Source: a virus. From it: a stretch of 64,000 bases of DNA. The first letter of the stretch is position 1. Each line of letters begins with the position of its first letter. Under the pieces are notes generated by a model that searched no databases, was not told the origin of the DNA, and was given only the letters and a program-made list of their open reading frames with translations. The stretch lies in the IMG/VR virus record IMGVR_UViG_3300044635_002180, positions 32,001 through 96,000 of that record; one strand, written 5' to 3'. A program made the translations under genes and the position numbers. Of this stretch, positions 52,770 to 62,243 are shown piece by piece.

Positions 52770-54095
52770 ATGCCTGATATTAAAATAGTTAAATTAAAAC
52801 TACGCCGTGGTACTGAAACTCAACGCAAATTGGTTGTTTTGGATCAAGGTGAACTTGGTTATGTGACTGATACCAAAAGAACATTTGTTGGGGATGGCAG
52901 CACTTTGGGAGGAACTATAATTGGAACAAAAATCTTTACACCCATTGCAAGCAATAAAACAGGTTTAAATGCCTATACCGGTGATGTAGTTGTTGAAAAT
53001 AATTTGATGTATCAATTGACTGGCTCAAATGCTGGGCAACTTTCTGCATGGAAATTGATTAGCCCCATTGTTGACAATTCTACCATCAATTTTGATCCAT
53101 CAAATGTCTTGCGCATCAAACCTGATGGTGTGGGCATTGCTCAACTTGGCAATATTACTTACAATCTAGGCGGTATAGTAATGAACAACACTCAGGGACT
53201 GAGTGCAAATGTTGATAAAACCACCATCATTGTTAATACATCTAATCAGCTTGCCATCAGCACTGTTTACGCCAGCAGCATCATTGGGCAAATCAACAAC
53301 ACTCAAATTAATACTGCCACTCTTGCTGGCAGTGCATTGCAGAGTACAGGAAATAAACTAGATGTTCAAGTGGATAATTCCACAATTGTAATATCTTCCA
53401 ATCAATTGACAGTAGGAACGCTTGATGCTAGCAAGATCTCAACCGGAACCTTTGGTGCAACTCGCATTGATGCTTCTGTTGTAGGTCAGGGACTGCAGGG
53501 TGGTGCTGGTGTTGCAATTTCAACCAGCCTTGATCTCAACTCATTAGCATATAACAACAGCAACCAAATTGTACTCAACACACTTTATAAAGCTGCGCGC
53601 ATTCCGCTCAGCTCAAATGACGTTAATTTTGGCGGCTTTACAACTAGCTATGCAACGGCTTCTGCATTAGCAACTATCAACAGTGCTTTGAGCACAGTAA
53701 GCACCATGATAATTATTGGTACAGGCACAGGCTATACATCTACTCCATCCATCTCTGTTCAGCCACCATCAGCTGCACCAGGCTTCTTTCCTGCATCAGC
53801 AAGTGCTGTAGTTTATAATGGGATGCTTTCTGCAATTACTATAACTAATGCAGGTTCGGGATATAATTTTGTACCGCAGATAATAATTGATCCACCACCT
53901 CATAGAGAGACATTGTATCAGGTGGTTACTGCAACTACTACAGGTGGTGTTATACCTGGGTCTCAAACATATCAATTATCATCTGCAGGCTTTGTCATGA
54001 TGCATTTTGGCAGCGAGTTGGGAATTTTAGCCGTTCCTGTGTTTAAAGTGCCTACAGCATTGCAAAATTTAACAGTTGCTACTGTAACAGTGTAA
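52770..54095 (+). CDS. tail fibre protein with Mtd_N/hyaluronidase-type N-terminal domain
   Basis: LRRGT...LDQGELGYVTDTKRTFVGDG; VDNSTI repeats; ITNAGSGY. Confidence 0.75.
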   Translation: MPDIKIVKLKLRRGTETQRKLVVLDQGELGYVTDTKRTFVGDGSTLGGTIIGTKIFTPIASNKTGLNAYTGDVVVENNLMYQLTGSNAGQLSAWKLISPIVDNSTINFDPSNVLRIKPDGVGIAQLGNITYNLGGIVMNNTQGLSANVDKTTIIVNTSNQLAISTVYASSIIGQINNTQINTATLAGSALQSTGNKLDVQVDNSTIVISSNQLTVGTLDASKISTGTFGATRIDASVVGQGLQGGAGVAISTSLDLNSLAYNNSNQIVLNTLYKAARIPLSSNDVNFGGFTTSYATASALATINSALSTVSTMIIIGTGTGYTSTPSISVQPPSAAPGFFPASASAVVYNGMLSAITITNAGSGYNFVPQIIIDPPPHRETLYQVVTATTTGGVIPGSQTYQLSSAGFVMMHFGSELGILAVPVFKVPTALQNLTVATVTV

Positions 54096-54122
54096 ATTTA
54101 GCTGCATGCATTAAATACAGGC

Positions 54123-56708
54123 ATGAGTAGCGGTGCTAATAAAATTGAAATTACACAATCAACCCTTTTAAAACTTCTTGTTCGTCGTGGCTCCAATGAA
54201 GAGCGCAAAAACATAGTTTTATCAGAAGGTGAATTGGGGTATGCAGTTGATACAAAAAAACTTTTCGTTGGCGATGGTGCAACTGTGGGTGGTGTGCCTG
54301 TTACAACACAGGTTTATTATGGTGCTACTCCACCAATTGCTTATAATGCAGCAACCACGGGTGATTTTGCTTATGATTCTACAGAAGGTGCTTTGTATGT
54401 ATTAACAGGTGATGATCCAACCATCATCGGCGATTGGGGAATTGTTGCTAATGATGTGCGTGTTGATGATGCAACAATGCAGTTGATAACATACAATGGT
54501 GTTCCAAATACTCTTGCTGTTAAGACTGTTAGCGCAGCACAGCTTGACCCAAATTTGCCTGGAACTGGTTTGGAATACAGTGGTGTGCCCATCAGAACAA
54601 TTCAAACCACTGCAGATCAAGCTTTTGATAGCATCAGTTTGCGCTCTGCTGCAGCATTGCAAATACCTACCACCTTACAATTCGGTACAGCTGGTGGAGC
54701 AACTCAATATTCAATGCCACCCTTTGATGGTCCCAATGGATACTCATTAGTCACAAATGGTAATGGTGTTCTTGAATGGAAGCCTGGCAATTCTGTTACG
54801 GAGTATTTGGTTCTGACTGGCAACCAAATACCAGTTGGCACAATATTACAGTTTGGATCTGGTGGCAACTTCCAACGAGCTGTTTCTAGTTATGATGTGC
54901 CTTATGGATATTTTTTATGTGATGGTAGAACGCTTTCAGGAACTCAGTATCAAGCTCTCTGTGAAGCAATTGGAACGTTTTATGGAACTGCATCTGCTGG
55001 AACATTCAAAATTCCATCTTTGACTGCGTCTAATTACGTTTATCTCATCAAATACCTCGAGGATCAATACATTGAGCCTGTTACAATTTCTCTTGAAAAC
55101 AGCCTCACTGGCTTAAACGTTACTGCATCAACATCGGTTTCATCTTTTGAAATTCCACAAAGTTCTGCTGTTGAAATTCGCTTGGGTGTTCCTGACTATG
55201 TTAGCAAGACTTATGTTGATTCTATTTTCTCCTCTTTGGTGGTTCAAAATACTGTTTACAAGCTAGCAAAAATGTCTGAACCTAATTGCAGCAATGGTAT
55301 AAATGCTCTGGGCTTTACAGCATTCATAGACAAGCGTACCAAGGCATTGAGATTCAGCGGCTTGGATAGAAGTGGTACTGCCGGTATTAGCAACATACAA
55401 GGTAACTGCACTCCCATCCTCATTGATTCACCCATAGAATATGGTGATGCATATGAGTGTGCAGAAGAGATATATGGTGCAGAAGCCACTACATTTGTAG
55501 TCACCAACAGTGGCAATGTGTATGCAGCTGGTGATAATAATTATGGTATAAATGGCACAAACAATTCCGCCACAGGTGGTATAAATGCTGCAAATTCTAG
55601 ATATACCAAACTTACATTCCCTGCGGGTGCAGGCAAGGTTACAAAAATAAGCATTGGTGGTGCTTGGTGGTATAGTGAAACATATTCTGTACGACATGCT
55701 TTTGCATTGACAGAATCTGGCAGCGCATTTGCATGGGGTTATAATGGATATGGACAAACAGGCATTAATTCTTCGACAAATCAAGTAACATCACCAACTT
55801 CAACTCACACAGGTTCTCTTTCTGACAAATTAGTAAGCAAGATATATTCATTCTGTGGCAATACCTATGGTTATTCTTTTGCCATTGATACATCTGGTGG
55901 TGTGCATGCTTGTGGTTATGGTGGTAGTTATAATTTCGGCAACAACTCAACAGCAAATATAGATACAGGGTGGAGAAGCTTAAATAGAACTGCAGATGAA
56001 ATTTATGCTGCAGTTGGTTCTCCCTACCACACCACATACTTGCTCTCTGGTGGCAGGTTGTGGGGTTGTGGATATAACTATGGATACCAAATTGGCAGAG
56101 CAACCGGTGAAACATACATTACCACTTTTGTGCCAGTTAGCTCCAGCAGCACAAGCTTTACACAGCTTACTGGTGTATCTGCTCTCTCCATAAGTGATAA
56201 TTATGGTGGATCCTGCACAATAATTGCTTTGATGCAAGATCAGACCATAAGAACATGGGGATATAATAACAGTGGGCAGTGCGGAACGGGTACCACATCT
56301 GAGTATATAACAGCTCCTGCTTCTAACATATCTTCCGGTGGTGGATTTGCAAATGCAGGCATAGTTAAAATAAAAGCTCATGGATATTATCCGTATAGTT
56401 CAGTTTTTGTTATGAATTCTGCTGGGCAAATTTGGAGCACTGGATACAATGGCTATGGTCAATTGGGCAATGCCAACACAGGATCAAATTCTAGCTTCTT
56501 TACCAGAGTAAAACAGCCGCGTGGAGTAACTTACAAAGATTTCAACATCTATGCTGAATATAATGTAATTGAATCCTACACTGTACTTGCAGTAGATGCA
56601 AATGATAATTTATATGCTTGGGGTGGAAACTTTTACTCACAGTGTGGGTTTGCCAACTACCCAAATTTGAATTATTACGGAACTCCACTAAAAATTAACT
56701 TCAATTAA
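54123..56708 (+). CDS. tail fibre with Mtd_N, tail-collar and RCC1-like beta-propeller
   Basis: RRG...GELGYAVDTKKLFVGDG; PVGTI...YFLCDG; multiple WGYNxxGQ RCC1 repeats. Confidence 0.82.
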   Translation: MSSGANKIEITQSTLLKLLVRRGSNEERKNIVLSEGELGYAVDTKKLFVGDGATVGGVPVTTQVYYGATPPIAYNAATTGDFAYDSTEGALYVLTGDDPTIIGDWGIVANDVRVDDATMQLITYNGVPNTLAVKTVSAAQLDPNLPGTGLEYSGVPIRTIQTTADQAFDSISLRSAAALQIPTTLQFGTAGGATQYSMPPFDGPNGYSLVTNGNGVLEWKPGNSVTEYLVLTGNQIPVGTILQFGSGGNFQRAVSSYDVPYGYFLCDGRTLSGTQYQALCEAIGTFYGTASAGTFKIPSLTASNYVYLIKYLEDQYIEPVTISLENSLTGLNVTASTSVSSFEIPQSSAVEIRLGVPDYVSKTYVDSIFSSLVVQNTVYKLAKMSEPNCSNGINALGFTAFIDKRTKALRFSGLDRSGTAGISNIQGNCTPILIDSPIEYGDAYECAEEIYGAEATTFVVTNSGNVYAAGDNNYGINGTNNSATGGINAANSRYTKLTFPAGAGKVTKISIGGAWWYSETYSVRHAFALTESGSAFAWGYNGYGQTGINSSTNQVTSPTSTHTGSLSDKLVSKIYSFCGNTYGYSFAIDTSGGVHACGYGGSYNFGNNSTANIDTGWRSLNRTADEIYAAVGSPYHTTYLLSGGRLWGCGYNYGYQIGRATGETYITTFVPVSSSSTSFTQLTGVSALSISDNYGGSCTIIALMQDQTIRTWGYNNSGQCGTGTTSEYITAPASNISSGGGFANAGIVKIKAHGYYPYSSVFVMNSAGQIWSTGYNGYGQLGNANTGSNSSFFTRVKQPRGVTYKDFNIYAEYNVIESYTVLAVDANDNLYAWGGNFYSQCGFANYPNLNYYGTPLKINFN

Positions 56709-58936
56709 TGTCTAGCACAGTCATATCAACATCAGCAGCTGCAGCAAGCATTGCATTTGCGCAAGCATACAATGCATATCAGGACATCACATGGTCTTTG
56801 CAATACACTCTCTGTGGTGATGCAAATGCACAAGGTGGTTTTTGTGCTTTTTTGTATGGTGCTCCTGATTTGACGCCAGGTGGCATTGGCAAGTCTTTGG
56901 GGTTTGCGCCATCTCAAAATTATACTGGATTCACCAATGTATCCGGCATTAGTGGTGCAATTGTTGGCATAGGATTGGATAGCCTTGGCTTGTTTGCTGT
57001 TTCTGGAAATGGCATGTCAACTGGCATTGATGCTTCTCAAGCTATTCGCAATGCTATAACCATCAGAACCGGAACTAATTTTACCTTTTTAACTACATTT
57101 GCAGCCACTGCTTTTGATTCCACATTTACAGTTGTTCAATCATCTGCAGCATTGCAGCAGTTGCGATTCAGACTTACAGAAGCAAGCAATGCTATAGAAA
57201 TAGCACAATGGAATGGTGATGCATATGATGTTTGGTGCAATGTTCCTGTTTCGTTGAACTTGCCTGCATCTGCTTTTTGCAGAGCAGGCTTTTCATTTGC
57301 TGCACCTCTCTGTGGAAATGTTGCTGCAGCTAAGTTTGGCATTGCAAATGCACATTTTGAGGGATCATTGCAGCAACCAACTCAGCAAATTGTAGAACCA
57401 CCACTGCAATGCAAATTGCCTGTTGTATCAAATATCAATGTTGCAACACCAAATTCAATAACAATACACCCCAACATTGAAACACTGGGTGGAGCTTATG
57501 CACCCATTGAACCACCAACACCATTGCCTGATCCATGTGATGCTCAACCTACTGCTACAGTCAAATGCGGTGAAAATATTTCTTATGTTGGTGAACGCGG
57601 CACCTTTTATTATTACATTGATGCTGGTGAAGCAACAGGCGAATTTACCATTGCATATGATGCTTATACCATCCCAGATAGATTTACACTTACATGGAAC
57701 AATCAAGTAGCTACATCATGCTTTGTTGGTGATTCAAGCTTTAATGCTGAATTATCTGCACTTGGCTATGGACCTGTTGCTTCAACAGGCAGAGGGTTGC
57801 TTAAAATTAACAAAACTTTGAGCAATCCACGAATTGTGGAATTGCGCGTTGATGGTCCGTTGGAGGGAACTGCATGGGAAGTTCAGGTATTGTGCATACC
57901 AACACCACAGCCACAATTGTTGCTTTATAGGGGCACAAATACATCTCCAGCTAACCTCATTAATAATTTTGACAGCATCAACTTTGGTACATTTAATTTG
58001 GGACAATCTGCTCAACAGATTTTCACCATTAAAAACAATGGTGATGCAAATTTAAATTCTTTTAGCTTGGTGCAGCTGCTCACTGCATCATTTTCGCAAT
58101 ACAAAGTTGGCATTCCAATTACTTCAGCTGCAGTTGCACCAAATGGTTCAACTACTTTTGCCATTAATTTTACTCCAACATTAACAGGAAACAACAACAG
58201 TCGATTTGATCTGTATAGTAATGATGCAAAAAGTCCCATTACTTTTAATCTTAGTGCCATTGTTCTTAGTGATGCTATTCCATTGTGTGCATGCAATTCA
58301 GAAATTGATTATAGTGGAGATCAAGGTGTATTTACATACAACATAGATTATGGTTCTGATGTTGGTGACATCAACATCGAATACAATTCATTTAGCATCC
58401 CAGATAGATTTACACTCAACTGGAATGGCATAAGTGCAACTACAGGTTTTGTTGGAGATGCTACATACAATAGTCAGTTGACTGCCTTGGGTTATCCGCC
58501 TGTTTCTTCAACAACAAGCAGTGGCATTTTATCTGTTGCTAAAACATCAGCAGAACCTCAGTATGCTACATTAACAGTTGAAGGACCGCTTGTGGGAACA
58601 GCATGGTATATTGAATCAAGTTGTATAGCAGCTCCTACAACAACAACTACCACAACACCACCTCCAACAACACCACCTCCAACAACGCCACCACCTACCA
58701 CAACAACTACCACAACAACTACAACAACAACTACAACAACAACTACAACAACAACTACAACAACAACTACCAGCACAACTACCAGCACAACTACCAGCAC
58801 AACTACCAGCACAACTACCAGCACAACTACCAGCACAACTACCAGCACAACAACCAGCACAACAACCAGCACAACTACCAGCACAACTACCAGCACAACT
58901 ACCAGCACAACAACAAGTACAACAACACTACCGTAA
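56708..58936 (+). CDS. L-type-lectin-like / Ig-like protein with mucin-like Thr/Ser/Pro C-terminal tail
   Basis: GGFCAFL...GKSLGF...VGIGLDS lectin-like domain; two IPDRFTL.WN domains; FTIKNNG...FTPT Ig-like domain; ~95-aa T-rich tail. Confidence 0.7.
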   Translation: MSSTVISTSAAAASIAFAQAYNAYQDITWSLQYTLCGDANAQGGFCAFLYGAPDLTPGGIGKSLGFAPSQNYTGFTNVSGISGAIVGIGLDSLGLFAVSGNGMSTGIDASQAIRNAITIRTGTNFTFLTTFAATAFDSTFTVVQSSAALQQLRFRLTEASNAIEIAQWNGDAYDVWCNVPVSLNLPASAFCRAGFSFAAPLCGNVAAAKFGIANAHFEGSLQQPTQQIVEPPLQCKLPVVSNINVATPNSITIHPNIETLGGAYAPIEPPTPLPDPCDAQPTATVKCGENISYVGERGTFYYYIDAGEATGEFTIAYDAYTIPDRFTLTWNNQVATSCFVGDSSFNAELSALGYGPVASTGRGLLKINKTLSNPRIVELRVDGPLEGTAWEVQVLCIPTPQPQLLLYRGTNTSPANLINNFDSINFGTFNLGQSAQQIFTIKNNGDANLNSFSLVQLLTASFSQYKVGIPITSAAVAPNGSTTFAINFTPTLTGNNNSRFDLYSNDAKSPITFNLSAIVLSDAIPLCACNSEIDYSGDQGVFTYNIDYGSDVGDINIEYNSFSIPDRFTLNWNGISATTGFVGDATYNSQLTALGYPPVSSTTSSGILSVAKTSAEPQYATLTVEGPLVGTAWYIESSCIAAPTTTTTTTPPPTTPPPTTPPPTTTTTTTTTTTTTTTTTTTTTTTTTSTTTSTTTSTTTSTTTSTTTSTTTSTTTSTTTSTTTSTTTSTTTSTTTSTTTLP
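58637..58930 (+). repeat. coding tandem repeat: acaacaacaact units then ~12 x accagcacaac(t/a)
   Basis: 12-bp periodic array, near-perfect from 58769 to 58912. Confidence 0.92.
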
Positions 58937-58977
58937 TATATTGTTGAAAGTAGAAATGCTTTAGGTAAATATTTTAA

Positions 58978-59817
58978 ATGAAGAAGCTAACCATTGGAAT
59001 GTCAACTTATGATGATTATGATGGTGTATATTTTTCTATACAGTCGTTAAAGATGTATCAACTTGATTTTTTAAATAATGACTATGAAATAATAGTTTTA
59101 GATAATAATCCAAATTCACAGCATGGTAGAGAGGTTAAAAATTTCGTTCAAAACTGGGCTAAAGGTATGTATATTCCATATACAGAAAAAATAAGTACGT
59201 TTACAAAATATGAAATTTTTAAATACGCACGGGGTGAATATACATTATGTCTTGATTCACACGTGTTATTACAACCTAATGGTGTTAAAAATTTAATGGA
59301 GTATTATTCAAAAAATCCTAATACGAAAAATCTAATACAGGGACCATTATGGTATGATGATTTAAATAGTATATCCACACATTTCGATCCGGTGTGGCGT
59401 GGAACTATGTACGGAACATGGGGAACGAATAAAGATTTATATGAAAAGCAGGATCCATTTGAAATTTCTCTTATGGGAATGGGCATGTTTTCTTGCAAGA
59501 CATCCGAGTGGCCGGGTATAAATCAAAATTTTATAGGCTTTGGAGGAGAGGAAGGATATGTACATGAGAAGTTTCGTGAAGCAGGTGGCAAGTGCATTTG
59601 TCTTCCTACAGTAAAATGGAACCACAGGTTTGGTAGACCTAATGGAGTTCCATATCCTAATGTACTTGAGGATAGAATTTGGAACTACTTTGTCGGGTGG
59701 TTAGAAATATTAAAAGATCCTGGAGATCCTTTTTTTCAATCAATTTTTGATGCCTTTAAGGATGCAGTACCGCATAAAGTCATAAGTAATTTATTTGAAA
59801 AAGCTAAACAACTATGA
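58978..59817 (+). CDS. GT-A fold (GT2-like) glycosyltransferase
   Basis: LTIGMSTY, EIIVLDN, ARGEYTLCLDSH, GFGGEE, WNH; TAAATA-N6-ATG. Confidence 0.85.
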   Translation: MKKLTIGMSTYDDYDGVYFSIQSLKMYQLDFLNNDYEIIVLDNNPNSQHGREVKNFVQNWAKGMYIPYTEKISTFTKYEIFKYARGEYTLCLDSHVLLQPNGVKNLMEYYSKNPNTKNLIQGPLWYDDLNSISTHFDPVWRGTMYGTWGTNKDLYEKQDPFEISLMGMGMFSCKTSEWPGINQNFIGFGGEEGYVHEKFREAGGKCICLPTVKWNHRFGRPNGVPYPNVLEDRIWNYFVGWLEILKDPGDPFFQSIFDAFKDAVPHKVISNLFEKAKQL

Positions 59818-60473
59818 ATGTTTTGTATATAGGTAGTGGTAATTCTGCAAAATACGTGCATCAACTAGATCATACTAAATACATAACTGTGTGTGTAAAT
59901 AACGCATGGCGGTTATTTACAGATAATAAAGTTTTTGATTATTGGTTACATTCAGGTGATTTTCCGCACGAAAATTATCCTAATAAAAAAAATTTTAAAT
60001 ATGAAATTTCGAATGAGGAATATGAAGCATCTATTAAAAATTTAGTTTATAATAAATTAAAGTTAAAAGAATCATCACCATGTCATTATGTTGGCTATAC
60101 TATTTTTTTTATAGGGTTGCATTGGATAATGCATGAAATATCACCTGCAAATATATTCTTATTAGGATTTGATCATGATTATAATCGGAATAAAACGCAA
60201 AAATGGCTTAATAACGGACAACCCAACCCTCAAAACCAATATCTAAAAGATACATCAAAAAGTATAAAAGAGTGGTCTGATAATTTTTTTTATGAATTTG
60301 AACATGATTTTTTTTACGGGCATGGTACACCTGATCCAATGAGATTGGGTGAAAATTACATAAAAGAAAAATTTTTTCAGGCTGCTAATACTGCAAGACA
60401 GTTAAATGTAAATATTTTTAATGCTTCTTTAGCAGATGGGAGTTTAAATATATTTCCGAAAATTAAAATATGA
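59814..60473 (+). CDS. sialyltransferase-like / DUF115-Maf-like protein
   Basis: YIGSGNS, ITVCVNNAW, IFLLGFDH, IFNAS pattern. Confidence 0.6.
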   Translation: MNVLYIGSGNSAKYVHQLDHTKYITVCVNNAWRLFTDNKVFDYWLHSGDFPHENYPNKKNFKYEISNEEYEASIKNLVYNKLKLKESSPCHYVGYTIFFIGLHWIMHEISPANIFLLGFDHDYNRNKTQKWLNNGQPNPQNQYLKDTSKSIKEWSDNFFYEFEHDFFYGHGTPDPMRLGENYIKEKFFQAANTARQLNVNIFNASLADGSLNIFPKIKI

Positions 60474-60673
60474 AACTAGAACAAGGCAAAATTGTAAAGT
60501 GGGAAAATTCTTCTAAACAGCAAATTGTTTGGATGGTGTGTGATGATGCTGCATCTGGTGTTGTTGTACACTCTGATCATTTGATGCGCATTGGCACTAT
60601 CACACGCAACTTGCAAGAATATAATGTTAAACCATTTGTTGGCACAGTAAACATTAGTTCAGCAGCAAATTAA
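60470..60673 (+). CDS. hypothetical protein
   Basis: 67-aa ORF with ATGA coupling. Confidence 0.55.
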   Translation: MKLEQGKIVKWENSSKQQIVWMVCDDAASGVVVHSDHLMRIGTITRNLQEYNVKPFVGTVNISSAAN

Positions 60674-60930
60674 TTGCTTTTGAAAAATAGATCTTCTTCT
60701 GTCTCTTGTTCAACGCCATTTTTCATTTCATAAACAATGTCATGTTTCATTGAATGAAAACGTTCTTCAATGTACCTTTCAATGGCAATGGGCTTCACCC
60801 AATCGAATTTTTCTGGATCAATGCCGTGTTGAATCATTTGTGCATCAGCAACTGAAATTGCTTCTACCAAGCAGCTCCAGCGTACGATTTCATCCAGAGA
60901 CATATCTTTTGTTGTTTTATTATTTTCCAT
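60670..60930 (-). CDS. hypothetical protein
   Basis: 86 aa; strong upstream promoter match. Confidence 0.7.
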   Translation of the reverse strand: MENNKTTKDMSLDEIVRWSCLVEAISVADAQMIQHGIDPEKFDWVKPIAIERYIEERFHSMKHDIVYEMKNGVEQETEEDLFFKSN

Positions 60931-60935
60931 AGTTC

Positions 60936-60964
60936 ACTATACGTGACTTTTTGAAAAACTTCAA
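60936..60964 (-). promoter_or_regulatory. sigma70-like promoter
   Basis: TTGAAG-N17-TATAGT, then 5 nt to ATG. Confidence 0.6.
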
Positions 60965-61428
60965 CCGTTATTTTCAGAAAAAACAGAATAAGCATATCCA
61001 AGAACCAAAGCTATAAAAATATTTTTGTCATCTGGAGACAACATCTTTATGCATTCTTGTGTGTTTACAATGTTTTTTGATAGCTTATCAACAATTGTGC
61101 CGTCTTTTGCTTTGCTGCACTTTTTAAAATATTCCAACAAGCAATGCACAAGCGTTTCTGTTTCACAATTCTTTCCATACAATTGTGATATTTTATACAT
61201 GTTCATCACATCATGATATTTGCCTTCTCCTTTGAAGGCAATTTTATCAATGCATGCATCAAATGCTCTTTTGATATCAGCATCTGAAACAATTGGCTTC
61301 TGCAAAGCTGCAGTTACAGAAGATGGAATCTGCGGCATTTGTTGTACAAAATCATTATTCATCAGCAGTTGTGTTTGGCAGGCTTGACATGGCTTGAACC
61401 ATTTGATTGTGTGTTGCATCAACATCAA
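60961..61428 (-). CDS. hypothetical protein (true start probably downstream, MNNDF)
   Basis: ORF in a minus-strand run. Confidence 0.6.
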   Translation of the reverse strand: MMLMQHTIKWFKPCQACQTQLLMNNDFVQQMPQIPSSVTAALQKPIVSDADIKRAFDACIDKIAFKGEGKYHDVMNMYKISQLYGKNCETETLVHCLLEYFKKCSKAKDGTIVDKLSKNIVNTQECIKMLSPDDKNIFIALVLGYAYSVFSENNG

Positions 61429-61795
61429 TGATGTCAGTCATGAGTGCTGTTTTTGCTGTCAATCCAACATTGATGTTTTTTTCACAATTGATGCATTTGT
61501 AAAAATTGGGTTGATCCAATCGAATGGGTATAATTTGCTCCACCATGTTGGTGCAAGGACACTTTAATTTGAGTGTTTGTTTTGCAGCATCTTCAATGCG
61601 CTTGGTGAGCTGCTTTTCCATTTCCAAGGATGTTTTGACTTGCAACCATTGATTCATTGCTGCACCAATGATGAACTGAACAACAAGTGCTAATGCAAAA
61701 CCAGCAAAAAAATTCATCCATTGCATCAAAATAAATCCACAAATGATGCTTATTGCCAATGCTATTATAATGGGTATCCAGGGCTTATTTTGCAT
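61355..61795 (-). CDS. two-TM membrane protein with C-terminal Cys cluster
   Basis: Two N-terminal hydrophobic helices, a coiled segment, CPC...CINC. Confidence 0.7.
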   Translation of the reverse strand: MQNKPWIPIIIALAISIICGFILMQWMNFFAGFALALVVQFIIGAAMNQWLQVKTSLEMEKQLTKRIEDAAKQTLKLKCPCTNMVEQIIPIRLDQPNFYKCINCEKNINVGLTAKTALMTDIIDVDATHNQMVQAMSSLPNTTADE

Positions 61796-61798
61796 GCA

Positions 61799-62209
61799 TT
61801 ATCTTAGCTTCTTTGTCTTGGAAGGCAAGAAAGCTCCGCTTAATTTCATTCCGCTCTTGAATACTTTTTGAGCCAGTGGTCGCAAATCATTGATTATTTC
61901 AATCAAGTTTTCTTTTTGGTGGGCTTTGATGCTTGGATTATCCAGACTCTTGTAAATTTCACTTATGATGTTTTGCAAGCTGTAAACAACACTGCCAATT
62001 TTTTGCACCATCTGAGTCATTTCAAATGGCGTGAGCGGTTCAGCAACAGGCTTGTTTTCAACTGTTGGACCAGAAGTGGGTGCAATTTTCATGAGTGGCT
62101 GTGTAGACCCCTCACCAGTAGCTCCAGAGCGACCCTTGTTAGCACCAGATGTGTTTGCGCCACCTCCTGAGAAGCTGCGACTAGAATTGCTCATAATACC
62201 ATTTTCCAT
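61799..62209 (-). CDS. hypothetical protein
   Basis: TAAATA-N6-ATG; G/S-rich N-terminus, helical C-terminus. Confidence 0.7.
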   Translation of the reverse strand: MENGIMSNSSRSFSGGGANTSGANKGRSGATGEGSTQPLMKIAPTSGPTVENKPVAEPLTPFEMTQMVQKIGSVVYSLQNIISEIYKSLDNPSIKAHQKENLIEIINDLRPLAQKVFKSGMKLSGAFLPSKTKKLR

Positions 62210-62243
62210 TGTAATTATTTAATGTTGGAGCATAAATAAAAGC
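62210..62243. promoter_or_regulatory. back-to-back late promoters
   Basis: TATTTA 62216-62221 and TAAATA 62233-62238. Confidence 0.7.

Noticed and set aside
58637-58930. CRISPR array
   Set aside because: 12-bp tandem units with no unique spacers, inside a coding frame
58558-58947. Alternative-frame ORFs (poly-Val on minus; NYQH repeats on plus)
   Set aside because: By-products of a stop-free repeat within the 56708 gene
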